Origin: a virus
Length of the DNA stretch: 64,000 bases
Virus record (IMG/VR): IMGVR_UViG_3300042482_000679
Direction: 5' to 3' (one strand)
The position numbers and the translations under genes are program-made. Below, in pieces: positions 28,276 to 38,734 of this stretch. The stretch's first letter is position 1. Each line of letters opens with the position of its first letter. The notes under the pieces were generated by a model. That model worked only from the letters and a program-made list of their open reading frames with translations. It had not been told where the DNA came from and made no database searches.

Positions 28276-28611
28276 ATGGCGGTTATTAAAAGTATTCCAT
28301 CCCAAAGAATTATTAACGGACAAGTTCAAGAAACTTCCGAAATATCAATCGTATCTGAAGCTTACTATGACACTGCAGGAGAATCTTGTGTTGTTGTAAA
28401 AAGTGTGGATAATTCTAAATTAAGATTAAATAGTACAACTACTGACCACGTAGTCGTTAAAGCATTAACTAAAGTTTTAGTTATACCTGATATTGGTAGA
28501 GTTGATGAAGCTTATGATGAGATTATGTTAGATTGGGGCGCTTGTGTTGAGTTTAGATTCTGTGCAGGTAATTGGTATATCTTATCATCAGATGGATTAA
28601 AACAATCTTAA
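28276..28611 (+). CDS. Hypothetical beta-rich protein (possibly virion)
   Basis: 111-aa ORF ending in a GNWYILS motif of the kind seen in fibre/adaptor domains. Confidence 0.5.
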   Translation: MAVIKSIPSQRIINGQVQETSEISIVSEAYYDTAGESCVVVKSVDNSKLRLNSTTTDHVVVKALTKVLVIPDIGRVDEAYDEIMLDWGACVEFRFCAGNWYILSSDGLKQS

Positions 28612-28647
28612 TATTCAATTTTTTTAGATTAATCATATTTTTTTTCT

Positions 28648-29325
28648 ATGAGAATAGAAAATATTAATGAAGTCCCAATTTTAATCCATACAATGGATGC
28701 CTACTCTACATATTGGGACACTTGGTACCATTTATTTAAAAAATACACTACAAATCACGGACCAATTTACTTCTTAACTGAAGAAAAAGAACCTTCATTT
28801 GTTAATGAAGTTAACCACATTAAATCAGGTAAAGGTGAGTGGGGATATAGACTCAAAAAAGGTTTTGAACAAGTTCCTTCTGATATTCTATTTTATATGC
28901 AAGAAGACAATTGGGCGTATGCACCATTTGAATTTAAACAAGAATATTTGGACAAGTTTTATGAACTTGATATACACTCATTGAGATTTCATAAATGTGC
29001 TTGGGGTGAAATCAATTATGTTTCAGTTGAAGATAATCTATTTAGGTATACTCAAAATTCACGGTATTTAATGGGACATCAAATGGGTCTTTGGGATAAA
29101 AATTTCTTTAAATCAAACGTGTTAGATACTGACAATCCTTGGAGTAGTGAGTTGGAAGGAACACCAAGATGGTATGATACTGACCATAGAATTTATCAAT
29201 ACGACATCGCTTGGTATTGGTCTACTTGTAGAAGAGGTGAATTACAGAATATTGGTAGAGAGATATTAAGTAATAATGGTATCACAGAATTTGATGATAC
29301 CCCCATTCCACGTCAATCAAACTAA
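28648..29325 (+). CDS. GT-A-fold glycosyltransferase-like protein
   Basis: WGYRL...FYMQEDNW (DxD-like) and LWDK...NPWSSE motifs. Confidence 0.55.
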   Translation: MRIENINEVPILIHTMDAYSTYWDTWYHLFKKYTTNHGPIYFLTEEKEPSFVNEVNHIKSGKGEWGYRLKKGFEQVPSDILFYMQEDNWAYAPFEFKQEYLDKFYELDIHSLRFHKCAWGEINYVSVEDNLFRYTQNSRYLMGHQMGLWDKNFFKSNVLDTDNPWSSELEGTPRWYDTDHRIYQYDIAWYWSTCRRGELQNIGREILSNNGITEFDDTPIPRQSN

Positions 29326-29603
29326 TTTATAGAAATATTACCTAAATCACTAATCGTAATATTTTTTAATCTAGTTGTACCGTGAGATAACGACGCAATC
29401 TTACCTTGACTTACAAGGTATTGAAATACGTAGTAAAGATAATCAGGTATAACCAAATCAGGACGAGTTACCGTAACTCCAATATGTTCAGGAGAAAACT
29501 CACGAGTAGGTGTTCCAACAGTTGTTTCATCTCCTTTACGAATTAACCAAAAATCGGCTTCGGGATTGTTAACACTAAAGTCAACGATGTGTTTCAGTTT
29601 CAT
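29322..29603 (-). CDS. Small HsdS target-recognition-domain-like protein
   Basis: PDYLYYVF...HGTTRLKNITISDLGNISI resembles the conserved end of type I RM S-subunit repeats. Confidence 0.45.
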   Translation of the reverse strand: MKLKHIVDFSVNNPEADFWLIRKGDETTVGTPTREFSPEHIGVTVTRPDLVIPDYLYYVFQYLVSQGKIASLSHGTTRLKNITISDLGNISIN

Positions 29604-29607
29604 AATA

Positions 29608-32310
29608 TTAAATATGTTGTTCCCAACCTTCTTCGGCTAATTCATACATATAATCAGGTTCAAGACCTCGTTTCTTCCAATAAGAAACTTCACCGTCAGA
29701 CATTGTCATAACTTCTTCAAGTTCATCTTGGTCTCCATTACCCAAAGGTAAACCATTGATAAGTTCACATTGAGCTGTGGTAAATAAACCTCTTTTTGAT
29801 GGGTCAGCAACAATTAGACTCTTTCTTACTTCTTCTTTGAATACAACCATAAGCGGTTCAATACGTTTGTTGAACGTTGTAATTGCTCTCGCAACATTGT
29901 ATTCGCCAGTCATCTCAGGGTTGTTCTCAAGGTCTTCAGGGTTCAACATATAACAATTTAACGTCACAGTATCACCTTTCTTAACAACATCTCCGTGAGA
30001 AGCTCTTTGTCCGTTATTAACATACATAATCATATCCCCCAAGTTAACATTCAATCCGTGATGAATTGCAAGTTCCATATGTGCTTGTCTTGACATCAGA
30101 GACCCCGCTTTTGTCTTCTGTGTGCAACGAAACTTGTAGTCCTGTAGTGTTTGTTTAACTTTAGCTTTTTGAGCGATTTTGGCCAAAGGAATTTGTTGGT
30201 CCCAAATCTTTTGTAGATACTCGTAATAATACTCCACAAATGATTTACCATCACCCTTTAATAAAAGTTTAATACCCTTATCCAAAAACTCTTCGATGTA
30301 ACCAGGTAGTTTCTTTGATTTGATTGTGTTACCAACCAATTTGATTTTACCTGAATCGGTAAGTAGAGCATAGTTCTTACGAGCAAGGTTTATACACGAT
30401 GGCCAAACACCATCGGTATCCAGTGCCATTTCACCTCTCATAAAAATATCGTTGTATTCTGCAACGTCAGCATCAGGTCCCGTATACTCTTTACCCTCTT
30501 TTACTTTCCAATTTAATCCTCGACCAATGTATCTGTGACTATCAACATCTTCAGGTGACGAGAAGTTCACACCGTCCGTATCCATTACAAGTGGAATGTA
30601 ACCACGAGACATAAAGAATTTAATCATTTGACGAAGATATTGTCTACCCGTACAAGTAATCTGTTCTCCCATATACATATCCCCCCAAGCAAATACCTGT
30701 GGAGCTGAAAGCGCACCGAACATCGAGTTGATGAAGATTTTAATCGGTAACTGTTTGTTGTTGTATGATGCTGATTTTTTGGGGTCAGATTCATAATACT
30801 CCTCAGCAAGTTGTTTGTACAAGATACGAGTATCACGGAAGTATTTTAACATACCTTTCATCGCACCTGTTACGTCACATTGGGGGAACACATCGTGAAC
30901 CAACTGAATTGATGGATAAAGTGACGAGAAGTCGAGCTTTAATACGCTTTTAGAATACCCTACTTTAAGTAGACGAGACAATCCACCTACGAAGTCTGTC
31001 TTGGATTGTTTTGCTGGTATTGCCAAATTATGTTTGTAAGACCACGCTAACATCAACATCTTCCATAGTGTTGCCGTACCCATTGTAGATACTCGCTCAT
31101 ATGTTGTTGGAATCATTGATGCAAGTAGAAACGATGCTTGGTTGAATTCTTTATCAACTTTTAAGGTTTCTTCCAAGTCATCTTGGAGATATCGTTCAAC
31201 CAATTCGGCACCATCAGTTAATAGATAAGTGTCAGGAAACTTTTTATCCAAATCAACATAGTCACCCTTTTTACGATACTCACCATTTTTGATGTTTAAC
31301 CAATACTCTTTCTTTTCCTGATACATCTTACCAATAGAGTCGTGACCAATATAAACTCGGTCTGGTTCTTTTGCGTTTACATATTCTGCAATATACTTCA
31401 AACCCGCAGATTTGATTGATGAGTTAATTGCTTGAGCTCTACGGACCGCGTGAATAATATCAATTACATTGTAACCCCAAATAGAAGTCTGCATAAAATC
31501 CTCAACTTCGTTTGCGAGTTTCAACAAGTTTTTCTTTTGTGATATGGAATGTTCGGGATGTAATGAGTGACATATTTTTTTGATGTCAATTCCCAACGCC
31601 TTACATCTTTCAAAAATCCAATACCAGTCAAAGTTTGCTGAGTTGTAACCACCGATAATACTTGGTTTGAGTTCATTAATTACTTTGAAGAACTCGATAA
31701 TACCGCTCTTCTCTTGTGTCTCATCAATACATTCGATAATTCTATTATAACCTTTGTTTGTTCTAATACCAATCATAAAGATACGACCGTCTCTTGGTTC
31801 GAGTGAGGTCGTCTCTAAGTCGAATACCAATCGAGACACGTCATCATAGTCTTCATACCCCTTAAATAATCGTTTTTGTTTTGAAACGAAATATTGTTCT
31901 ACAGGTGGTAGAATCAAAATCTTATCTTTAAATTTTTCACCCCAAGGGTCTGCTCCACCATCACGGAAGAACTGAATCAAACTTCTATACCCCTTCAAAG
32001 ATTTAACCATATAGGTCAAACCTTTTTCCATTCGTTCATCACCGTGAGTATCTAATTTGTCAATAACAATCCCGTGTTTTGACATTGCTTCTTTTTGAGC
32101 TCCTTTGGAGTTTCCGTAGAAATTTAATCCACGTAAATCACCAACCCAACAAAATGGAATGAATGTATCTTTTCGGATTTCTTTACCCTTACCAGGAATT
32201 TCTTTGATTTTATAAATGGAGTCTGAGGCGTAATCAAATTCTACCGCCACGATAAATTCTTCAGGGTCGTTCCCTTCCAAGAATTCTTTGATTTCTTGTT
32301 GTTCAATCAT
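29608..32310 (-). CDS. polB: Family B DNA polymerase with 3'-5' exonuclease domain
   Basis: FDLETT (ExoI), GYNSANFD (ExoII), YLQDD (ExoIII), LDFSSLYPS (motif A), KIFINSMFG (motif B), MDTDG (motif C). Confidence 0.95.
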   Translation of the reverse strand: MIEQQEIKEFLEGNDPEEFIVAVEFDYASDSIYKIKEIPGKGKEIRKDTFIPFCWVGDLRGLNFYGNSKGAQKEAMSKHGIVIDKLDTHGDERMEKGLTYMVKSLKGYRSLIQFFRDGGADPWGEKFKDKILILPPVEQYFVSKQKRLFKGYEDYDDVSRLVFDLETTSLEPRDGRIFMIGIRTNKGYNRIIECIDETQEKSGIIEFFKVINELKPSIIGGYNSANFDWYWIFERCKALGIDIKKICHSLHPEHSISQKKNLLKLANEVEDFMQTSIWGYNVIDIIHAVRRAQAINSSIKSAGLKYIAEYVNAKEPDRVYIGHDSIGKMYQEKKEYWLNIKNGEYRKKGDYVDLDKKFPDTYLLTDGAELVERYLQDDLEETLKVDKEFNQASFLLASMIPTTYERVSTMGTATLWKMLMLAWSYKHNLAIPAKQSKTDFVGGLSRLLKVGYSKSVLKLDFSSLYPSIQLVHDVFPQCDVTGAMKGMLKYFRDTRILYKQLAEEYYESDPKKSASYNNKQLPIKIFINSMFGALSAPQVFAWGDMYMGEQITCTGRQYLRQMIKFFMSRGYIPLVMDTDGVNFSSPEDVDSHRYIGRGLNWKVKEGKEYTGPDADVAEYNDIFMRGEMALDTDGVWPSCINLARKNYALLTDSGKIKLVGNTIKSKKLPGYIEEFLDKGIKLLLKGDGKSFVEYYYEYLQKIWDQQIPLAKIAQKAKVKQTLQDYKFRCTQKTKAGSLMSRQAHMELAIHHGLNVNLGDMIMYVNNGQRASHGDVVKKGDTVTLNCYMLNPEDLENNPEMTGEYNVARAITTFNKRIEPLMVVFKEEVRKSLIVADPSKRGLFTTAQCELINGLPLGNGDQDELEEVMTMSDGEVSYWKKRGLEPDYMYELAEEGWEQHI

Positions 32311-32325
32311 AATTTAAGTTTTACC

Positions 32326-32369
32326 GAGTGACTTATTTTCTTCCACACCGTGTGGAGTTTGTCTTACTC
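32326..32369 (-). promoter_or_regulatory. Stem-loop in DNA polymerase 5' leader (candidate translational operator)
   Basis: Minus strand GAGT-AA-GAC...TCCACA-CGG-TGTGGA...GTC-ACTC forms a nested hairpin ending 15 nt before the ATG. Confidence 0.5.
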
Positions 32370-32380
32370 ATTCAACTATA

Positions 32381-32409
32381 AATATAGATTGTAAAAGTGA
32401 ATCTGTCAA
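32381..32409 (-). promoter_or_regulatory. Sigma70-like promoter for DNA polymerase
   Basis: TTGACA-N17-TATATT, overlapping a TATTTATA motif at 32377-32384. Confidence 0.65.
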
Positions 32410-32787
32410 TTAGCAACAAGCAGTTTTTGCAATAAAGCTGTCTTCAACATTAATATACAACTCTTCTCTAATAGGAACAATTAAATCACCCTCAAAGTTC
32501 TTGATTAAGAATTGTCCTTTGTATCTACCAGGAGTATTTGTGTCCCTTGCAGTAAATTGATAGTAGATATAATATTCTGTTGGAGCTCCGTCAGCCAAAA
32601 TTAAACTAACAATAGAACAGGGCGCTGAAACAATCTTGGGAATACCCGTTGCCTCATTAATCATTGAGAAGTATATTGCTGAAACCTCTAAAAGGTCCAT
32701 CAACTCCAAATAACCTGACCTACCGTCTTGAACGACCTGCATTTTTAATACAGGTAAAGTAGCATTTTTTCTGATAAAGAATTCCAT
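32410..32787 (-). CDS. BppU-N-like (Ig-like) virion/baseplate accessory protein
   Basis: YQFTARDTNTPGRYKGQFLI...LIVPIREELYINV pattern; TATTTAT upstream. Confidence 0.55.
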   Translation of the reverse strand: MEFFIRKNATLPVLKMQVVQDGRSGYLELMDLLEVSAIYFSMINEATGIPKIVSAPCSIVSLILADGAPTEYYIYYQFTARDTNTPGRYKGQFLIKNFEGDLIVPIREELYINVEDSFIAKTACC

Positions 32788-32805
32788 ACAAAGATAAATA
32801 CTTTG

Positions 32806-34485
32806 TTAAGACTCTTTTCTCAAGCTTCTGTCATAATGTTCAAATCTATCGTGCTCAGTTGGGGTTGCAAATAACAATGCCGACTTGATATTACCCTTTT
32901 TAGTTTCTTGGAAAATGTAACTCATCCAAGTTTGTTCAAAAGGACGGTCCCACTTTGTTGTTAAGAACATTTTCTCGTTTCCATATCTTGTAACAACTTG
33001 TGGCCAGTTACAATAATAAACTTCACCAATACCATAAGGTAATCCTTGATATGAATATACTGCGTCAAATTTAGTTCTTGGCGCATTAGGGTCTAATCCT
33101 TGAACAGGTAGGTTTGGTTTTTCAGGCCAAAACTTTTCTCTAACTGTTTGAGGAACATTATACCAAGACCATTGAACTCCATTGTCCCCAAAAAACTCAG
33201 AATAATTTAGTTTCAAAAAGTCTAATGAGTTTTCTCGGGTAATCTTCATAGACTTATTGTATAGGTCCTGAATATTTCTAATGAACCCATTTCTACAAAC
33301 AGTATCTTTACCATCATAGAAGAACATATCGTCTTCAAAGAACCAATAAAAATCAAAACCATTTTCTTGTGCGTGTTCAGCGATAAATTGTCTACCACCA
33401 CAGATACCTAAGTTATCTTTTTTAATGTGTTCAAACTCGTATAACTTACAAAGTTCCGAGTATTCCTCGGTAGTTGACAAGTCACTTGAATTATCTAAAA
33501 GATATTTCTTTTTAGGTTTTGTTAAGAAATTTTCATCATATAACTCCATAGACTTAATCAATGTTTTAAATTGATTAGGACTATTGAATGTAATTACATA
33601 GAGTGAGGTGTTATCATAATCTAAATCACTATAAGACTGTTTACCTGAAATATTTTTAACTTTATAGGTATCATTTTTAACATCTTCACAAAACTTAGAG
33701 ATAAGTCCGTTACCATCAATTTCGTGGTAATCAAACATATCGTTGTGTCTGTATAACATAATACTGAATAAAGATTCTTCAGTGCCCATTAAACCTCTAC
33801 CTAAAGTCTCACTTAAAACACTATAATAAAGACTATTAACGTCTGTTATCATACTTTTTAATCCACCAAACAAACCTCCTCTACAAACAAGTTTTACATC
33901 TTGTCCTGCGTAATCATTAATCGTTGGGTATTTGAATCCGTGAATTTCATTTTCAGCGTCATATGGGAACGCCACAAACCCAAATCTTGGAAATACCTTA
34001 TCGAATTTTTCTTGAATTTTATCGTGTGTAAAATATCCAGGATGAACCGTATTTGTAATACCTGCATCAATCCAAAACAAATGTGTGGAGTCAAATTTGT
34101 CAAATATTTTTGCATCGTGCAATACAAACATTTTTGACATAACAAGAGGGTTATACATATCAAGTTTTGCTTGAGTTGATTCTGGCAGCCATCCCGATTG
34201 ACTATACCATTCAGGGTTTGTTCTTATAGACTGAATGATTTCATAAAAATCATTTTTAAACCATTCTTGAGGTCTTACAATAAATTGGGTATTTTCATTA
34301 TTTCTATTTGGTTGTGAAAATACGAATTCTTCAAGTTCTTTATCACCAAAAATAATAAAGTTAGTGTCTTGTCTTAAAAGTTCCGAGAACTTTTGTAGAT
34401 AATGGTCAAACGACCTTGACCATCCTTCAGTCAAAGAGTCACGTTTAATATTCCAAAGTCCGGTTACAAATGTAATTTTACTCAT
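32806..34485 (-). CDS. Two-domain glycosyltransferase: HtrL/YibB(WlaTC)-like plus GT-A domain
   Basis: ITFVTGLWNIKR, HLFWIDAG, GGLFGG and GTEES motifs in the N-terminal domain; NLGICGGRQ and FFEDDM in the second. Confidence 0.7.
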   Translation of the reverse strand: MSKITFVTGLWNIKRDSLTEGWSRSFDHYLQKFSELLRQDTNFIIFGDKELEEFVFSQPNRNNENTQFIVRPQEWFKNDFYEIIQSIRTNPEWYSQSGWLPESTQAKLDMYNPLVMSKMFVLHDAKIFDKFDSTHLFWIDAGITNTVHPGYFTHDKIQEKFDKVFPRFGFVAFPYDAENEIHGFKYPTINDYAGQDVKLVCRGGLFGGLKSMITDVNSLYYSVLSETLGRGLMGTEESLFSIMLYRHNDMFDYHEIDGNGLISKFCEDVKNDTYKVKNISGKQSYSDLDYDNTSLYVITFNSPNQFKTLIKSMELYDENFLTKPKKKYLLDNSSDLSTTEEYSELCKLYEFEHIKKDNLGICGGRQFIAEHAQENGFDFYWFFEDDMFFYDGKDTVCRNGFIRNIQDLYNKSMKITRENSLDFLKLNYSEFFGDNGVQWSWYNVPQTVREKFWPEKPNLPVQGLDPNAPRTKFDAVYSYQGLPYGIGEVYYCNWPQVVTRYGNEKMFLTTKWDRPFEQTWMSYIFQETKKGNIKSALLFATPTEHDRFEHYDRSLRKES

Positions 34486-35359
34486 CGATTTTATTTAATT
34501 CTTCTAAAATTTTATAGAAACTTTTGTTTTCAACAAAGTAACTGTCAGGGGTTTCTCTTGGAGCGTTATCTCTACACCACCAAGTATCAAAATGTTTTCT
34601 AACAAAATATTCTGAATGGTTGTAAAACATTAGTGTCATAAACAATTCTTCAGGAAAAGGTCTTTTATCCTCTTCAATAATCTTGTCAGCGTAATTCTCA
34701 AACATAGGTACTAATGTCTCCCATAATTCTCGTTTACCACCGAACATACCACCAATAATATGAATTGTTCTATCATAATTGGTATACCATTTTGGGTCAA
34801 CTGTTTGAGACCAAAAATTTCTATCATTATCTTTACCAATCAAAAAGAATTTATCTCCTGAAAATTCTACAACATTTTTTAAAAAATCATTATTAAATAA
34901 CGATGACTCATAAAACTTTCTTGGACCGTTTTCTACCGTAAGGTATTTGTTCGGTATTAATCCGCTATGTGATAAACCAGCATCAATCCAATAATAATAA
35001 TCGTATGTTTTATCTTCGTTCCACCACCAACTAAACTTTTGATATTGTATTTCAAAACATCTATCACTTTTTTTAGCGTCTTCATAGTTTTTATACTTTT
35101 GAAGTAGTGTTTCATATCTTGTGGTTCTTAAGTTAGACAACTCAAATTTTAATTTATCTTCAGATATACCATTTTCAACATAAAAGAAATTTTTTAATCT
35201 ATCAATTTCTCTTGTTGAGGTATAACACACAAAATCAGCATCGGTCATTTTTAATAGTGAGAGAAGTGAATTTAAGTAATGACCAAATCTTGATGGTCTA
35301 CCGCCTAACTCAGTCCCATATAGGTCACCGTAAATACAGGTTATAAATTTAACTGACAT
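34478..35359 (-). CDS. HtrL/YibB-like glycosyltransferase
   Basis: YYWIDAGLSH, IGGMFGG and EE..MT motifs; paralogous to the N-terminal domain of the neighbouring gene. Confidence 0.65.
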   Translation of the reverse strand: MSVKFITCIYGDLYGTELGGRPSRFGHYLNSLLSLLKMTDADFVCYTSTREIDRLKNFFYVENGISEDKLKFELSNLRTTRYETLLQKYKNYEDAKKSDRCFEIQYQKFSWWWNEDKTYDYYYWIDAGLSHSGLIPNKYLTVENGPRKFYESSLFNNDFLKNVVEFSGDKFFLIGKDNDRNFWSQTVDPKWYTNYDRTIHIIGGMFGGKRELWETLVPMFENYADKIIEEDKRPFPEELFMTLMFYNHSEYFVRKHFDTWWCRDNAPRETPDSYFVENKSFYKILEELNKIDE

Positions 35360-36086
35360 AATAATATTCTTTATGAATGTTTTCTTTTTTCATTGTTTTA
35401 TTGTTTACGTTATTCATAAACTCATTAGGTATTTTTACCTCACTATAAAGGTTCCAATTGTATGTTTGACCGTAAAAATTATTACACATTTGTTGTGAAA
35501 CGTCTGACCAGTCATTAGTAATTTGTGGTGCTATGGGTAGAATTGGGCAATAACTTTGTTTTTTTAAATATACTTTTTGATATATGTAATCATCCACTGC
35601 GTAAAATCTTCTACGTTCATCTTCTTCTATGGAAATAACATCATCATATGATGATTCGTGATACAATATCATATTTGTTGCAAAAATACCTCTGTGTTCA
35701 GGAGACGCTGGTGGTAGATTAGTAATATCATTTAATAGTGGGTGTTTTTCGCTCCTATTAACATATCTATTTAAAGTTGGTGCCAAGTTAAAAACTGCGT
35801 ATTCAAGACTTTGACACTCATCTTCGATTGCTTTTAATAAAGATTTTGCATACGGCATAACAACACAATCATCTTCAATAATAAGAACTTCTTTATATCC
35901 TCTTTCTTTCGCAATTTTTAAAATAGCCGTGTGGGAAAGTGTACAACCCACGTGGCTATTAGTATCAACCGCCTTGAATAACTCAAAATCCCATTCAAGA
36001 TATTCCATTTCTTTTTTAATGGATTCTAATCTATCAGGTCTTCTTTCAAGATTTACTACAAATTTTGGTATTGTATTGAACTTCAT
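35349..36086 (-). CDS. GT25-family glycosyltransferase
   Basis: VVNLERRPDR, FKAVD, GCTLSH and LIIEDD motifs. Confidence 0.8.
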   Translation of the reverse strand: MKFNTIPKFVVNLERRPDRLESIKKEMEYLEWDFELFKAVDTNSHVGCTLSHTAILKIAKERGYKEVLIIEDDCVVMPYAKSLLKAIEDECQSLEYAVFNLAPTLNRYVNRSEKHPLLNDITNLPPASPEHRGIFATNMILYHESSYDDVISIEEDERRRFYAVDDYIYQKVYLKKQSYCPILPIAPQITNDWSDVSQQMCNNFYGQTYNWNLYSEVKIPNEFMNNVNNKTMKKENIHKEYYYVS

Positions 36087-36089
36087 TTT

Positions 36090-37337
36090 TTAAAGATTTC
36101 CTGTTAATCTATCACACCAACCCTTAGATTCTGAGTGAGGCCATACAACCCAATATTTAGGTTTTTCTGCTGTTTGGAATTCTCTCCATACTTTACAATA
36201 TCCATCAGGGTCTCTTAACATTGAAGTAATTTCATTTTTATCAGCGTCTTTTCTAAAGATTGTTTCATCATTTTCATTGTGGAACGCAACCACCCAAAAA
36301 TCATAATCTTTTTCAGGTACTGAAGAATAACCAATATCAATACAGTGTTTGAATACTTGTGCGAAATCGGCTTTCCAATCATCTTCAGACTCATAATTGT
36401 ATGGATTTGGCGGATATTTTTTATCAATTGTGTATTGCTGAACAGCTCTTTTTTCAAATAAAAGACCCGCATATTTTTCATAATCTCTTAAACTTCTAAC
36501 GGTACCAAAGCCATAAGGACCATCGTGACCTTCTTGAGTTTCACCGTCCATACCAAACAACTTTCTATTTGTTAAGTGTGAGTGATTATTTTTATTAACC
36601 CATTCTTTGTCATCATCCCATTGTTTTGTTCTTCCTTTACGAGTATACTCGTGCCAAATTAATGTTTTATGTGGGTGAAACAAATCATAACCCCAAGTAT
36701 ATGCTCTTGCGGCGATTGAAATTTCTTCTCCGTGGAAGTAATATTCGGGATTGTGTTGTACCTCGTTTGAGAATTCACCTAATGTAAAACAATAGTGTGC
36801 AGAATAGAATCTTGCGGGGATTGGTTCTTTTAAATCTTGCCAACCAGGAATTGTTTCAGGTAAGAAAAATACCGCACCTTCAGGAATAAATCTATCAAAA
36901 ACCATTCTCCAAGGGTCTTGAACTCTACCTGCAGGGTCGTTTTCAGGGTCAAATGATGAAACATATCCTGTTAATAAAGGTTTTTTATGACCTTTCTTTT
37001 GAAGTTGTTTAATCATCTTAATCATCTCGTCATCCCAATTAGGTGCGAACCTCATATGTGAGTCAATTTGTAGGGTATATTCTTCACCCTCATAAAGTTG
37101 TTGTGTTAAGTTTCTAGCCCAACAAACGCCTTTAGATTCTTCGTGTGGAATATCTAAAACTCTGAATCTTTTATCCCCTTCAAATTCTTCTAAACTGTCA
37201 AATTTATCATCGGGGTGAAATTGTCTTGCAATACCAAATCTAATATTTTTTGGTTTTTTAGCATTTTCCAACATATTCTTAATTGTTGGAACGAGTTGTG
37301 GGTCTCTATAGGACGCAATTTGAACAAAAATTTTCAT
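36090..37337 (-). CDS. GT60-like (Skp1/polypeptide) alpha-N-acetylglucosaminyltransferase
   Basis: IFVQIASYRDP, GVCWAR, LQIDSHMRF..NWD, YFHGEE...R.YT.GYD.F.P and WHEY motifs match the Gnt1/TcOGNT GlcNAc-transferase family. Confidence 0.8.
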   Translation of the reverse strand: MKIFVQIASYRDPQLVPTIKNMLENAKKPKNIRFGIARQFHPDDKFDSLEEFEGDKRFRVLDIPHEESKGVCWARNLTQQLYEGEEYTLQIDSHMRFAPNWDDEMIKMIKQLQKKGHKKPLLTGYVSSFDPENDPAGRVQDPWRMVFDRFIPEGAVFFLPETIPGWQDLKEPIPARFYSAHYCFTLGEFSNEVQHNPEYYFHGEEISIAARAYTWGYDLFHPHKTLIWHEYTRKGRTKQWDDDKEWVNKNNHSHLTNRKLFGMDGETQEGHDGPYGFGTVRSLRDYEKYAGLLFEKRAVQQYTIDKKYPPNPYNYESEDDWKADFAQVFKHCIDIGYSSVPEKDYDFWVVAFHNENDETIFRKDADKNEITSMLRDPDGYCKVWREFQTAEKPKYWVVWPHSESKGWCDRLTGNL

Positions 37338-37354
37338 TACACTTTTTTTTAAAA

Positions 37355-37386
37355 AATAAAAAACCCTCCAATAAAGTGGAGGGTTT
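37355..37386 (-). terminator. Hairpin/terminator between mucin-like genes and the GT genes
   Basis: AAACCCTCCA-ATAAAG-TGGAGGGTTT 10-bp stem (37361-37386) with a T-run on the minus strand. Confidence 0.7.
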
Positions 37387-37414
37387 ATATGAAAGTTGTT
37401 TTAAATAATTTGAA

Positions 37415-38734
37415 TTAACATCCGTTAGGGTCTGTCTGAACAATAACTCCTGAAGAATCTGTTCTGTACCAAGCGGTACCGTTAGACCAATATGCAACTC
37501 CTACAGGGTTTGATAATGGGTCAATTGTTTGATATAATGTCTCACCTAAGTTTGGTCCTACACCACCTGATACCGAACCATAAACTGTAATAGGACTAGC
37601 CGCACAAGCTAAGTTAGCGGTTGAGCCTGATGATAACGAGTAAACATAATTATTTCTTGTTGGTGTTGGTGTTGGTGTACTTGTTCCTGTGTTAGTTGGT
37701 GTTTGAGTATTAGTTGGAGTATTAGTTGCGGTATTAGTTGGTGTTTGAGTATTAGTTGGTGTTGGTGTGTTAGTTGCTGTTTGTGTTGGTGTTGGTGTTA
37801 ATGTTGGACATATTGAGAATCCATTTAATTCATAACCTGCAGAATCTAACTCAACAACTTGACCCGAATTCTGATAGAAACCTGACATATCAGTTGTTAC
37901 AGGTCCTGAAGGAGAATCATAGAAGAAAATATTTTGGTCAAAGAATTGATTTATACCATATATCTCAATAGACGTACCGTAATTACCACAAGCATCAAGG
38001 GCATTATTTGCGAAATTCACGGCAAATTGGAATCTAGCAGGTTCAGTTGTTGATGGTGTTGGAGTTGGTGTTTGAGTATTAGTTGCGGTGTTTGTTGGTG
38101 TTTGAGTAATAGTTGGTGTTGGTGTGTTAGATGATGTGTTGGTTGGAGTATTAGTCGGGGTTTGAGTTTGGGTACTAGTCGGAGTGTTAGTTGGTGTTTG
38201 TGTATTTGTAGGTGTTTGCGTTGGTGTACCTGTTTGAGTATTTGTTGGTGTTTGTGTTTGAGTTGATGTATTTGTTATAGTATTAGTCGGTGTCTGAGTT
38301 GGTGTATTTGTTGCGGTATTAGTTGGTGTTTGTGTTTGGGTATTACTTGGTGTGTTAGTTACAGTATTTGTTGGTGTATTAGTTACAGTATTTGTTGGTG
38401 TTGGTGTAGGCGTTTTGGTTTGAGTATTAGTTGGGGTTTGAGTATTAGTTGCGGTGATAGACGGTGTTGGAGTTGGGGTTCTTGTATTAGTTGGTGTTGG
38501 AGTATTAGTCGCAGTTTGAGATGGTGTTGGTGAAATAGGAGGGAATGTCTCCTCAACAATAGTAAATTGTGCTGATAAAGCAGCTTGAAACGTACCATTA
38601 ACCAACCAAATATTTCGTACTTGACCAGGTGTTAATAAGATATCGTATTCCCACATATTGTTGGAACACTCTTGATAAGAGAAAGTTAATCCCTGAGCTG
38701 TGTTATTAGTTAGTATGTATTTTTTACAAGCCAT
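37415..38734 (-). CDS. Mucin-like Thr/Pro-repeat protein B (putative virion decoration/fibre)
   Basis: Two long T-P-T/T-N-T/T-Q-T tracts separating small Cys-containing domains. Confidence 0.75.
   Translation of the reverse strand: MACKKYILTNNTAQGLTFSYQECSNNMWEYDILLTPGQVRNIWLVNGTFQAALSAQFTIVEETFPPISPTPSQTATNTPTPTNTRTPTPTPSITATNTQTPTNTQTKTPTPTPTNTVTNTPTNTVTNTPSNTQTQTPTNTATNTPTQTPTNTITNTSTQTQTPTNTQTGTPTQTPTNTQTPTNTPTSTQTQTPTNTPTNTSSNTPTPTITQTPTNTATNTQTPTPTPSTTEPARFQFAVNFANNALDACGNYGTSIEIYGINQFFDQNIFFYDSPSGPVTTDMSGFYQNSGQVVELDSAGYELNGFSICPTLTPTPTQTATNTPTPTNTQTPTNTATNTPTNTQTPTNTGTSTPTPTPTRNNYVYSLSSGSTANLACAASPITVYGSVSGGVGPNLGETLYQTIDPLSNPVGVAYWSNGTAWYRTDSSGVIVQTDPNGC

Noticed and set aside
29608-32310. 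Intein or intron in the DNA polymerase
   Set aside because: Continuous 900-aa ORF with normally spaced polymerase motifs and no intein or LAGLIDADG signatures seen.
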